DNA of 64,000 nucleotides from Ranitomeya imitator (taxonomy: Eukaryota). Under the pieces are notes generated by a model. It had not been told where the DNA came from. It was given only the letters and a program-made list of their open reading frames with translations, and made no database searches. This document shows positions 36,153-48,278 of this stretch, piece by piece (the first letter of the stretch is position 1; every line of letters begins with the position of its first letter). Made by a program: the position numbers and the translations under genes. The DNA lies in contig NC_091284.1 of NCBI RefSeq assembly GCF_032444005.1, positions 792,360,001 to 792,424,000 of the forward strand, read 5' to 3'.

Positions 36153-37550
36153 TCAAGGGAAAGTAAAACGTGTTTTTCCTTTGGAAAAAACAAGGAGTTT
36201 CAAGGGGAATCCCCATTTGTAGGGAATATCTTTGTCTCTCAATGGAATAGTAATATCTTTAAATTCTTTTCTTCCCTCTATGGTGAATCTTGAGAGATCT
36301 GCGTAGAATCTAAGTTGGGAGTATGGGTCTGGGAATCCTCCCATTTTTTTAACCCTGGTTTGAAGTCTCTCTTTAATATGGAAAAAATGTATCCGTAGTA
36401 TGGTGTCTCTTGGAAGATCTTTAGCGATATTCGGTGGCTTTGGGAGTCTGTGAATCCTGTCTATTGTCAATTCTAGGTGTGTTAATGTTGGGATGATTTT
36501 ATGGAACACTTCTTTGGTGTATTCAGCAAGCTTATCTGGGAGAATCGTTTCAGAAATACCTCTTATTTTTATGTTGTTACGTCTGCCTCTATCTTCAATG
36601 TCCACCATTTTTCTTTTTAGAGCTTGGAGTTCAGACCTAATCTCTTTGTTTTCTTTAGCAGTGGATATGGATTTCTCTTCTATAAGCCCAATTCTCTTGT
36701 CATGGATTTCCAACTTTTGGCCAATCACGTCAAAGGTATTTTGGAAGTTTTTTGTCTGTTTTTCTATTGTGGCTAGCACGCTATTATGAATTTTGTCTGC
36801 TAAGGCTACGTTCAGACTAGCGTTGTGCGCCGCTGCATCGGCGACGCAATGCACAACGCATGCAAAAACGCGGCAAAACGCACGCAAAAACGCTGCGTTT
36901 TGCGACGCGTGCGTCGTTTTTTGCCGAAAATCGGACAAAAGAAAAATGCAACTTGTTGCGTTTTCTTGGTCCGACGCTTGCGGCAAAAAAGACGCATGCG
37001 TCGCAAAACGCAACAAACAAAAACGCATGCGTCCCCCATGTTAAACATAGGGGCGCATGACGCGTGCGTCGCCGCTGCGTCGCCCGACGCTAACCCGACG
37101 CACACTAGCACAACGCTAGTCTGAACGTAGCCTAAGTTAGACAAATATCCCTCCATGTCGGACTTGTTAAAGTATTCCGGTTCTGGTACCTTTCTGGGGA
37201 GTGATGCTTCAGGCCCAGGAATAGGGGAGCAGGAGGATGAGGATGAATCGTCTGATTCTATCACTGCTGCATCGTGGTGCTCCCCAAATTTATCAATATT
37301 TAAAGGTTTTTTTTCCATTTTTCCAATAAATTTGAATGAATATTTTGAGGGGTTAATGTCTTTCTTGTCTCTAGTTACTTTTTTATTATGTTTGGCTGTA
37401 CGAATTGGAGATTGGCCTGTGTCACCGCGATGAGGAGAGTGTGATTTTTCAGGACTTAGTGTAAATTGAATCTCTTTTTAGATTGTTACGGCTCCCAGAA
37501 TTTTTCTGAGTATAGGCCATGCTGTTTTTTGTTGCCTTGTTGGTCTTTGT
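36153..37550 (-). pseudogene. L1 ORF1 (coiled coil plus RRM/CTD, L1 ORF1p-like), interrupted by a MITE
   Basis: DIEDRGRRNNIKIRGISE, IDRIHRLP..P, PRDTILR, YADLS, YKWGFPLKL. The N-terminal part starts MSTKTNK near 37550; the reading frame joins across the MITE (SNL|ADK). Confidence 0.9.
36804..37132. mobile_element. Harbinger/PIF-type MITE
   Basis: TAA|GGCTACGTTCAGACTAGCGTTGTGC ... GCACAACGCTAGTCTGAACGTAGCC|TAA; perfect 25-bp TIR and TAA TSD. Confidence 0.88.
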
Positions 37551-38147
37551 ACTCATATTGAAAGGCTTCAAGTCTAGTATAAAGAGATAATAATAAGGAT
37601 CAACAAAGAGACAACAGATTTCTCCACAGATAGTGGTCCCAGATCTTAAAAAAGAATCTGGATAAAAGAGTTCAAGTTTAAATGATAGATTATCCACACA
37701 ACTGGAAGGAAAATATTCCAATTGGTGGTCTCTGACCCCCGAGAGGATCTGGACAGTAGAAAATCAACCTTTTATGGTACACTGAGCTAAAGTAAAGAGG
37801 TAGAGTATATCCAGCTCAGATGGAAACTGAACGATTATTTTTAGATGTATGGAGCATGCCAATATAACACTCAATAAGAAGTGATGTCTTTACAAGGGAG
37901 TGGTTAACCTAAAAAACTGCGGATCACAGGACTCCCTGCAGAAACTTTATGGATAAGTACTGAATGCAGATAATATAGATTTCACAATAGATGTAATTAT
38001 TTCACAAGAGAAGTTGGCAGACAACTGCAGGAACACAGTATTGTTTATAGATGACCAAAGCTTATGCTGGTATTTTTAGGAAAAGCAATAACAAAACCCA
38101 GCAATCAACTTTGTTGTGAGAAGAAAAACGAATAATTTATTGTATCC

Positions 38148-38190
38148 CAATGCAAACGTTTCGGTCACACATGGGACCTTCGTCAGTAAC
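38148..38190 (-). ncRNA. Degenerate minimal type I hammerhead ribozyme motif
   Basis: Minus strand: CTGACGA-A-GGTC-CCATGTGT-GACC-GAAAC-GTTT-GCA. Core and stem II are present; stem I and the cleavage triplet are imperfect. Confidence 0.55.
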
Positions 38191-38409
38191 TGAAAAGTAT
38201 ATATATCACAACAGTACATAAAGTCAGGATAACAAAAATCATAAATAATAAATAATAAACAAAGTGTATACTGTTGTGAATTCTGTTGTCGGGCTCCCTC
38301 CTGTGGTCATGAATGGTACTTCGGCTGGTTCTGTCCATGGACTTCCTCTGGTGGGTGTTTCTGAGTTTCCTTCCACAGGTGACGAGGTTAATTCGTTAGC
38401 TGGCTGCTC

Positions 38410-38448
38410 TATTTAACTCCACTTAGATCTTTGCTCCATGCCACCTGT
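38410..38448 (+). promoter_or_regulatory. LTR A putative TATA (TATTTAA, 38410) and predicted mRNA leader GCCACCTGT (38440-38448)
   Basis: The leader lies 30 nt after the TATA-like box and is complementary to ACAGGTGGC at 39081-39089, immediately inside the 5' LTR. The TSS is inferred. Confidence 0.6.
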
Positions 38449-39213
38449 CAATGTTCCAGTATTGGTCTAGTTCACTCCTGGATCGTTCTTGTGACCTGTC
38501 TTCCCAGCAGAAGCTAAGTTCCTGCTAGTTTTTCTTTGGTTTGCTATTTTTCTGTCCAGCTTGCTATTTTTATTGTTGTCTTGCTTGCTGGAAGCTCTGG
38601 GACGCAGAGGGAGCGCCTCCGCACCGTGCGTCGGTGCGGAGGGTCTTTTTGCGCCCTCTGCGTGGTCTTTTTGTAGGTTTTTGTGCTGACCGCAAAGCAA
38701 CCTTTCCTATCCTCAGTCTGTTCAGTAAGTCAGGCCTCGCTTTGCTAAATCTATTTCATCTCTGTGTTTGTATTTTCATCTTTACTCACAGTCATTATAT
38801 GTGGGGGGCTGCCTTTTCCTTTGGGGAATTTCTCTGAGGCAAGGTAGGCTTTATTTTTCTATCTTCAGGGCTAGCTAGTTCCTTAGGCTGTGCCGAGTTG
38901 CATAGGGAGCGTTAGGAGCAATCCTCGGCTATTTCTGGTGTGTGTGATAGGATTAGGGATTGTGGTCAGCAGAGTTCCCACGTCCCAGAGCTCGTCCTTA
39001 ATTATCAGTGTCTATCAGGTCATTCCGTGTGCTCTTAACCACCAGGTCCATTATTGTCCTGACCACCAGGTCATAACAGTACAGGTGGCCTAAAGTACTA
39101 ATGCATCTCAATAGAGGGATAAGAGAAGTTCTGAGACCATTTTTTTTCTTTTCAGTGTGTTTTGTCTCTCTTTTCCCCTTTACCTCTGGGTGGTTCAGGA
39201 CACAGGTGTAAAC

Positions 39214-42200
39214 ATGGACATTCAAGGTCTGTCCTCTTGGATGGATAATCTCACTACAAGGGTACAAAAAATTCAAGATTTTGTGGTTCAGAATCCGATG
39301 TCAGAGCCTAGGATTCCAATTCCTGATTTGTTTTTTGGTGATAGATCTAAGTTCTTGAATTTCAAAAATAATTGTAAATTGTTTCTTGCCTTGAAACCTC
39401 GCTCCTCAGGTGACCCTGTTCAACAAGTAAAGATCATGATTTCTTTGTTACGTGGTGACCCTCAAGACTGGGCATTTTCCCTTGCACCAGGAGATCCGGC
39501 ATTGCGTGATGTTGATGCGTTCTTCCTGGCGCTTGGATTGCTTTATGACAAACCTAATTCAGTGGATCAGGCAGAGAAAATCTTGCTGGCTCTGTGTCAG
39601 GGTCAGGATGAAGCGGAGATATATTGTCAGAAGTTTAGAAAGTTGTCTGTGCTCACTCAGTGGAATGAATGTGCCCTGGCAGCAATCTTCAGAAAGGGTC
39701 TCTCTGAAGCCCTTAAGGATGTCATGGTGGGATTTCCCATGCCTGCTGGTCTGAATGAGTCTGTCTTTGGCCATTCAGATCGATCGACGCTTGCGTGAGC
39801 GTAAAGCTGTGCACCATTTGGCGGTACTATCTGAGCATGGGCCTGAGCCTATGCAATGTGATAGGACTTTGACCAGAGCTGAACGGCAAGAACACAGACG
39901 TCGGAATGGGCTATGTTTTTACTGTGGTGATTCCACTCATGCTATCTCCGATTGTCCTAAGCGCACTAAGCGGTTCGCTAGGTCTGCCACCATTGGTACG
40001 GTACAGTCTAAATTTCTATTGTCCGTTACTCTGATTTGCTCTTTGTCATCCTATTCTGTTACGGCATTTGTGGATTCAGGTGCTGCCCTGAATTTGATGG
40101 ACTTGGAGTATGCTAGGCGCTGTGGTTTTTTCTTGGAGCCCTTGCAGTATCCTATTCCATTGAGAGGAATTGATGCTACGCCTTTGGCCAAGAATAAGCC
40201 TCAGTACTGGACCCAATTGACCATGTGCATGGCTCCTGCACATCAGGAGGATATCCGCTTTCTGGTGTTGCATAATCTGCATGATGTGGTCGTTCTGGGG
40301 TTGCCATGGCTACAGGTTCATAATCCAGTATTGGACTGGAAATCTATGCCTGTGTCCAGCTGGGGTTGCCAGGGGGTACATGGTGATGTTCCATTTTTGT
40401 CTATTTCGTCTTCCACTCCTTCTGAAGTTCCAGAGTTTTTGTCGGATTATCGGGATGTATTTGATGAGCCCAAAGCCAGTGCCCTACCTCCTCATAGGGA
40501 TTGCGATTGTGCAATTAATTTGATTCCTGGTAGTAAGTTTCCTAAGGGCCGATTGTTAAATTTATCTGTGACAGAACACGCTGCTCTGCGGAGTTATATA
40601 AAGGAATCCTTGGAGAAAGGCCATATTCGCCCGTCGTCATCACCGTTAGGAGCAGGGTTTTTTTTTTTTGTGGCCAAGAAGGATGGTTCTTTGAGACCTT
40701 GTATTGATTACCGCCTTCTTAATAAAATTACAGTCAAATTTCAGTATCCTTTGCCGTTGCTGTCTGATTTGTTTGCTCGTATTAAAGGGGCTAGTTGGTG
40801 TTAGGAGTCGAGTTTCCTCTGCTGCACAGGGGGAATCTCGATCCGTCTCCGCTGCGGTCTCCCATTCTCCTCCAGCCGCAGTGGAGTCTGCTCAGCAGGG
40901 ACGTCGCTCCCAGTGTCTTGCTCGCTCTCACTCTGTACAGAGAGTTACTGCTGCTTCTTCAGCTCCTGCCATTAAAGTCAGTGCTGGTCAGCGGCGAGCG
41001 GACTTCCCTGGGACTAAGTCCTTGTTTGCGCACACTGAGCATGCCCAGAGCAAGATCTCCCGTTGGAGATCGAGGGTCATGTGCTCTGGCTCTGCTGCGC
41101 ATTCCATTGGTCCTCTTGGCAGGCCCTGGAAGGGCAAAGTTTCTGTGGCCACTTCCTGTCCTGCAATTATATAAACTGCACATGACCGCACGGCCATGCG
41201 CTAGTGTACAATTGAATACGTGTGTTTGTTGTGAGTGCAAGTCGTTCATTAAATACCCCTACCCTATTGTATGACTGTTCGCGTATGGAGTATGGCTGCT
41301 ATCTAGCGCCCGACAAATCACTCAACGTGTCACACACGTATCAGCGTCTATTGCTGTGACCGCCAGTGCGGCGCCACGCGCCAGTAGTGCGCTTCCTGAC
41401 CCACGTCTGGGTGCTTAGTGGTGCCTGCCAGCACGGCACAGTTCGCACTTCGGTGCTCTAATTATAAGAGTTGCCTAACACACCCTGTTGCGGTGTTGTG
41501 TCAGCAAGTGGTCTAATCGGACTTCAATCCTAGTTGGGGTTAAGTTCGCTGACTGCTTGCTCGCCTTCTATGTGCGGTACCGCGATCCTGTGACGCAACA
41601 GGATCGCTTCCTTCACGTTGGGTGAAGTTTAACCCACGCGAGTATACTTATGAGTACCGCCATATAGTCCGTCATTACTCAGCAGCAGGTTCCATCTCTG
41701 CACGGTGGACCCCGGGCTACGAACGCACCGTACACTATCAGTCTTATTATTTGGTGCGTTCCGCTAGCCCTAACAGTTGGTTCACCAAGGTAGATCTTCG
41801 AGGGGCGTATAATCTTGTGCGTATTAAACAAGGCGATGAATGGAAAACAGCATTTAATACGCCCGAGGGCCATTTTGAGTACCTGGTTATGCCATTCGGG
41901 CTTTCCAATGCTCCATCAGTATTTCAGTCCTTTATGCATGACATCTTCCGAGAGTACCTGGATAAATTCTTGATTGTGTATTTGGATGACATTTTGGTCT
42001 TTTCGGATGATTGGGAGTCTCATGTGAAGCAGGTCAGAATGGTGTTTCCAGGTCCTTCGTGCGAATTCCTTGTTTGTGAAGGGGTCAAAGTGTCTCTTTG
42101 GAGTTCAGAAGGTTTCATTTTTGGGGTTCATTTTTTCCCCTTCTACTATCGAGATGGACCCTGTTAAAGTCCAGGCCATTTACGATTGGACTCAGCCGAC

Positions 42201-44266
42201 ATCTGTGAAGAACCTGCAAAAGTTCCTGGGCTTTGCTAATTTTTATCGGCGCTTCATCGCTAATTTTTCTAGTGTTGCTAAACCGTTGACTGATTTGACC
42301 AAGAAGGGTGCTGATGTGGTCAATTGGTCTTCTGCAGCTGTAGAGGCTTTTCAGGAGTTGAAGTGTCGTTTTTCTTCTGCCCCTGTGTTGTGCCAGCCAG
42401 ATGTTTCGCTCCCGTTTCAGGTTGAGGTTGATGCTTCTGAGATTGGAGCAGGGGCTGTTTTGTCGCAAAGAAGTTCTGATGGCTCGGTGATGAAGCCATG
42501 TGCTTTCTTTTCTAGAAAGTTTTCGCCTGCTGAGCGTAATTATGATGTTGGTAATCGAGAGTTGTTGGCCATGAAGTGGGCATTCAAGGAGTGGCGTCAT
42601 TGGCTTGAAGGAGCCAAGCATCGCGTGGTGGTCTTGACGGATCACAAGAATTTGACTTATCTTGAGTCTGCCAAACGGTTGAATCCGAGACAGGCTCGAT
42701 GGTCGTTATTTTTCTCCTGTTTTGATTTTGTGGTTTCGTACCTTCCGGGCTCTAAGAATGTGAAGGCTGATGCCCTGTCAAGGAGTTTTGTGCCCGACTC
42801 TCCGGGTGTTCCTGAGCCGGCGGGTATTCTCAAAGAGGGGGTAATTTTGTCTGCCATCTCCCCTGATTTGCGGCGGGTGCTGCAAAAATTTCAGGCTGAT
42901 AGACCTGACCGTTGCCCAGCGGAGAAACTGTTTGTCCCTGATAGATGGACTAGTAGAGTTATCTCTGAGATTCATTGTTCAGTGTTGGCTGGGCATCCTG
43001 GAATCTTTGGTACCAGAGATTTGGTGGCTAGATCCTTTTGGTGGCCGTCTTTGTCACGGGATGTGCGTTCTTTTGTGCAGTCCTGTGGGACTTGTGCTCG
43101 GGCTAAGCCCTGCTGTTCTCGTGCCAGTGGGTTGTTTTTGCCCTTGCCGGTCCCGAAGAGGCCCTGGACGCATATTTCTATGAATTTTATTTCGGATCTC
43201 CCCGTCTCTCAAAAGATGTCGGTCATTTGGGTGGTTTGTGATCGCTTTTCTAAGATGGTCCATTTGGTACCTTTGTCTAAATTGCCTTCCTCCTCTGATT
43301 TGGTGCCATTATTTTTCCAGCATGTGGTTCGTTTACATGGTATCCCGGAGAACATCGTTTCTGACAGAGGTTCCCAGTTTGTTTTGAGGTTTTGGCGATC
43401 CTTTTGTGCTAGGATGGGCATTGATTTGTCTTTTTCCTCGGCTTTCCATCCTCAGACAAATGGCCAAACCGAACGAACTAATCAAACTTTGGAAACATAT
43501 CTGAGATGCTTTGTTTCTGCTGATCAGGATGATTGGGTGTCCTTTTTGCCGTTGGCTGAGTTCGCCCTTAACAATCGGGCCAGCTCGGCTACTTTGGTTT
43601 CGCCGTTTTTCTGCAATTCTGGTTTCCATCCTCGTTTCTCTTCAGGGCAGGTTGAGTCTTCGGACTGTCCTGGTGTAGATACTGTGGTGGATAGGTTGCA
43701 GCAGATTTGGACTCGTGGTGGACAATTTGACATTGTCCCAGGAGAAGGCTCAAAGTTTCGCTAACCGCCGGCGCTGTGTGGGTCCCCGATTTCGTGTTGG
43801 GGATTTGGTTTGGTTGTCGTCTCGTTATGTTCCTATGAAGGTTTCCTCTCCTAAGTTTAAGCCTTGTTTCATTGGTCCGTATAAGATTTCTGAGGTTATC
43901 AATCCTGTGTCATTTCGTTTGGCCCTTCCTGCTTCTTTTGCCATCCATAATGTGTTCCATAGGTCGTTATTGCGGAGATACGTGGTGCCTGTGGTTCCAT
44001 CCGTTGATCCTCCTGCCCCGGTGTTGGTTGAGGGGGAGTTGGAGTATGTGGTGGAGAAGATTTTGGATTCTCGTATTTTGAGACGGAAACTCCAGTACCT
44101 GGTCAAGTGGAAGGGTTATGGTCAGGAAGATAATTCCTGGGTTTTTGCCTCTGATGTTCATGCTGCCGATCTGGTTCGTGCCTTTCATTTGGCTCATCCT
44201 GGTCAGCCTGGGGGTTCTGGTGAGGGTTCGGTGACCCCTCCTCAAGGGGGGGGGGTACTGTTGTGA
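39214..44266 (+). pseudogene. gag-pol: gag-pol polyprotein of chromovirus A, broken by frameshifts and a solo LTR
   Basis: Retrotransposon gag, CCHC knuckle [14 protein letters not shown], protease VDSGA, RT (RPCIDYR, DLRGAY, MPFGL, YLDD), RNase H (EVDAS, ELLA), IN (HH-CC, SDRG, GQTER), chromodomain (EYVVEKILDSR..YLVKWKGY..NSW). Frameshifts near 39765, 42055 and 43717. Confidence 0.95.
40799..41775 (+). mobile_element. Solo LTR (977 bp) of a chromovirus C-related family inserted in the RT of element A
   Basis: TGTTAGGAGTCG...CCCTAACA with 5-bp TSD GTTGG (40794-40798, 41776-41780). Removing it restores KGASW|[10 protein letters not shown]. Homologous but clearly diverged from the LTRs at 53964 and 59806. 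Confidence 0.95.
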
Positions 44267-46292
44267 ATTCTGTTGTCGGGCTCCCTCCTGTGGTCATGAA
44301 TGGTACTTCGGCTGGTTCTGTCCATGGACTTCCTCTGGTGGGTGTTTCTGAGTTTCCTTCCTCAGGTGACGAGGTTAATTCGTTAGCTGGCTGCTCTATT
44401 TAACTCCACTTAGATCTTTGCTCCATGCCACCTGTCAATGTTCCAGTATTGGTCTAGTTCACTCCTGGATCGTTCTTGTGACCTGTCTTCCCAGCAGAAG
44501 CTAAGTTCCTGCTAGTTTTTCTTTGGTTTGCTATTTTTCTGTCCAGCTTGCTATTTTTATTGTTGTCTTGCTTGCTGGAAGCTCTGGGACGCAGAGGGAG
44601 CACCTCCGCACCGTGAGTCGGTGCGGAGGGTCTTTTTGCGCCCTCTGTGTGGTCTTTTTGTAGGGTTTTGTGCTGACCGCAAAGCAACCTTTCCTATCCT
44701 CAGTCTGTTCAGTAAGTCGGGCCTCGCTTTGCTAAATCTATTTCATCTCTGTGTTTGTATTTTCATCTTTACTCACAGTCATTATATGTGGGGGACTGCC
44801 TTTTCCTTTGGGGAATTTCTCTGAGGCAAGGTAGGCTTTATTTTTCTATCTTCAGGGCTAGCTAGTTCCTTAGGCTGTGCCGACTTGCATAGGGAGCGTT
44901 AGGAGAAATCCACGGCTATTTCTAGTGTGTGTGATAGGATTAGGGATTGCGGTCAGCAGAGTTCCCACGTCCCAGAGCTCGTCCTTTATTATCAGTGTCT
45001 ATCAGGACATTCTGTCTGCTCTTAACCACCAGGTCCATTATTGTCCTGACCTCCAGGTCATAACAGTATACACAACATAAACATGTTACAAATCTATAGT
45101 GGCACAGTGAGTGAGAAGGAGGGTATAGAATGGTACATACAGTACCAAGAACTGGGATGAAGATAAATACTAGTGGCTATATACGCTGCCTAAAAATAGA
45201 AGTAAAAACATGGCAAGACCGGTTAGATCCGGGGGTGTGAGAATGTAGAACAGGTGGGAAGCATGTTAATTTAAGCCTACCAATGATTTCCTGAGTACTG
45301 CGCCAATTTAAATGAGAGTCTCCTGATGCAGCCTAAAGGAGATAGGGCAGTAATATAAGTACCATAATAAGTACCATAATGAGTGTATGGGGCCGAGAAG
45401 GTGCAATGTCCCTGATAGTTTACCTTGCAGACGGCTGATTCCGCGGTGTATGAGTGAGGAATCTGGGAGGATGGGGCATTATAAACACCAGAGGGCGGGA
45501 GGACTGCCGGAAATAGCGATGTTTGCTGCCGAGCGTCATAGCCCATGGTGGGGCGCAAGTGACACGCTGAGACAGACAGTGCATGCCGCACTGTGAGAAG
45601 GTGCAGGGCGAGGGGGCAGAAGCCGGATATGACGTACCGGAAGTGGGGCACCGGACGTCACAAAGAGAAGTCCCGTCGCCATGATGGATGAGGCAGGGCT
45701 GCACTGTGCATGATCGCTAGGTGTAGGATTAGAATAGGCTAATCCACCGTATGGTATGGGAAGAGTGTATAGACCAGATGTGACATCCCGGAAGTGGGGC
45801 ACCGGGTGTCAAGGTAAATGAATCAGTCGCCATGATGGGAGAGGCGTGTTACAGAGCTTATGACCGCTGTCATATTAGATAGTGACAGGGAGCAGGGGGC
45901 TAATGGGCTTAAAGGCAGAGTGTAAGTGCAATAGCAGATGTAGGTAAGCCCTATGGTGAATGGAAGCGCTGACATAGCATGAGATAATGAAAGAAAGGAG
46001 AGGGGAAGAGGAAACCAATTCTGATGAGTGCATGGTCTTTAAGTATGCTAATGACAAATGGTATAAAGATGAACTGGTGTTCCTAGAGATATAGGAACGT
46101 GACAGCAAGTGACCAGCTATAATGAAAATAAGAAAAAGAAAAGGGATGATGAGGGTGGACGTGACTAATCCGGAGCACAGTGAAAACAGGTGGATAAGGT
46201 GGTGCTCGTGATCCATGGTGCCAATAAATCAGTACATACGACTCTAAAAAGATAGAGAAGAGCAAATTAATGATCATACATAGCAACAACTG

Positions 46293-48278
46293 TTAAACAA
46301 ATGCCATAAGTTCGTAATTACGGTTGAGACCTTTGGGAGCCAACGTCTCCAAAGTATGAATCCAGAACGCCTCTTTTTTGTGTAGTGAAGCAACTCTGTC
46401 ACCGCCTCTCCTCGGAGGTGGGACACTGTCAATGACCTGGTATCGTAATTGAGAAACAGAGTGGCCCAATGTATAAAAATGGTGTGGGATCGGCAGGAGT
46501 AAGTTCTTGCACCGGATTGTAGATTTGTGCTTTGAAATCCTATCTCTCACTGACTGTGTGGTCTCACCCACGTATAATAGCCCACATGAGCACTTGATGA
46601 GGTATACGATGTAAGAGGACTCACATGTAAAAAAATGGTTGATCTTAAAAGTCTTGCCTGATCTGGGATGTTGGAAAGTGTTTCCCTTGAGCACATTGTG
46701 ACATTGTGCACAATGGAGGCATGGAAATCTGCCAGTCTTGGGGCGTGATAGGAAAATTTGCCTACGCTGATCCCCTGTCCCGATATCGGCTTTGACTAGA
46801 TTGTCCCTCAAATTGGGTGGCCTTCTAAAGCATGGTAGGAATGGTGTCCTGAATTCGTGAATATCCGGATGGGCTGTGGACAAAAGGTGCCAATGTCGTC
46901 TGATAGCCTTGTGAAGGATGAAGGAGAAGGGGTGGTATGAATGCACGAAGGGAATGCGTTTACCCTGATCTCTAACAGGGGACCTAGGTGGAGGGTCCCG
47001 GGATTGTGCTAGGACTGTGGGTGGATAGCCCCTCTCTATGAATTTAGTGGTCATATTCTGGAGTCGTTCATCACATAGGTTTTTGTCTGGAACTATACGT
47101 TTCACTCATTGGAACTGTGAAATTGGTATGGATCGTTTGGTTGATGGTGGGTGAAAGCTCTGATAATGTACCAAGCTATTTCTGTCTGTAGGTTTGGAAA
47201 AGAGAAAAAATTCCTGCAAGGACTCCAATGTGCCACCCCAGATGCAAAAAATATCATCTATGAAGCGTTTCCATAGGGAGACATTTTGGATAAACAGAGG
47301 ATGTCTATAAATGATCAAAGTTTCAAATTCCGTCATGTATGTGTTAGCATACGGGGGTGCCACATTGGAGCCCATTGCGGTGCCCCGCTTCTGTAGGTAG
47401 AAGGTGTCCTGAAAAAGGAAGAAGTTGTTGTACAGGACAATCGTCAGTAACTCAACACATAAATCAATCTGATTAGTGGTAAGGCCTGCTGTGGTCAGGG
47501 AATGGTGTACTACGTTGATGCCATTGAGATGGGGGATGGACGTGTACAAGTCCTTGACATCTAACGTAACCAAAAGGGTGTTCGTGGGTACCCTATGCAA
47601 CTCCCTAATACACTGCAGGAACTCCCCTGTATCCAGGATGAAGGAATGGGATGTCTGAGTGATAGGAGTCAAGATTTTTTCAAGATATATTGAGAGTGGA
47701 GAAAGGATCGAGTCGGTAGAGGCGACGATTGGCCTACCCGGTGGATTGGACAGATCTTTATGTATCTTAGGCAGAGTACAGAACACTGGTGTAATAGGAT
47801 TGTTTTTTCTAAGAAATTCACAAGTTTTGGTGTCTATAATGCCTAAAGTAGAGTACTTAGTTATCACAGCTTCTATTTTACTCCTAATCTCTGAAGTGGG
47901 GTCCCTTGAGAGTTTGTCATAAACCGATGTGTCATTAAGCTGACGGTGTATTTCCGTGAAGTACTGGGCCTTTTCCATTACTATGAGTGCACCCCCCTTA
48001 TCAGCCGGTTTTATGACTAAGGTAGGATCCCTTTGTAATGTTGTCAGTGCCTGATGTTCTGCAGGAGTAAGATTGGGGGGGTAGTGTAACCTACCTTTTT
48101 CTATGTCATCACGCAGGGTGTGGAAAGAGTCTTGAATGAAGCAAATAAAGGTCTCCACTGCGTGAGACCCTTGTGGTGGACGGAAGGAACTCTTATTGCG
48201 TAGCCCCAATGTCATAATTGAAATTGGGTTAGTGCTTGCAGCTGATGGAGCAATAGGTGAGGTAGCAAAATGGGCTTT
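46293..48278 (-). pseudogene. Penelope RT-GIY-YIG endonuclease ORF
   Basis: KPADKGG, GRPIV, DVKDLYTSI, GTAMGS..AP.YAN, RFIDDIF, then KPTDRN..HP and CESSYIVYLIKCSCGLLYVGETT..R..KH..E..WI..L....P.GLN. One in-frame stop at 47106-47108 and an apparent in-frame deletion near 47205. Confidence 0.93.

Larger units (their letters stand above)
31915..37790 (-). mobile_element. L1/Tx1-clade LINE with 5' region, ORF1, long spacer and EN, with most of RT deleted; carries two MITEs and a solo LTR
   Basis: ORF1 and ORF2 motifs (see the two pseudogene entries). The T-rich TTTTTATTG end at ~31930 is the minus-strand tail. Outer limits are approximate. Confidence 0.88.
38272..45065 (+). mobile_element. Full-length Ty3/Gypsy chromovirus A (Tf1/sushi-like)
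   Basis: 807-bp TG..CA LTRs at 38272-39078 and 44259-45065, PPT AAGGGGGGGGGG at 44244-44255, flanking GTATAC duplication, gag-PR-RT-RH-IN-chromodomain order, no env. Confidence 0.97.
38080..48278 (-). mobile_element. Penelope-like element; its 3' terminal region (38080-38271) is separated from the body (45072-48278) by chromovirus A
   Basis: RT plus GIY-YIG ORF at 46293-48278. The Gypsy TSD rejoins 38271 to 45072. Hammerhead-like core and AATAAA on the minus strand at 38136-38190. The 5' end is cut off at ~48278. Confidence 0.8.

Noticed and set aside
36812-37318. Several overlapping ORFs and a 291-aa ORF with a novel-looking N-terminus
   Set aside because: The apparent novel segment is the translated Harbinger MITE inside L1 ORF1.
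46010-46060. CTGATGA hits as hammerhead or C/D-box candidates (also 10146, 14266, 28820)
   Set aside because: They lack a properly placed stem II and GAAA, or a terminal stem with a D box.
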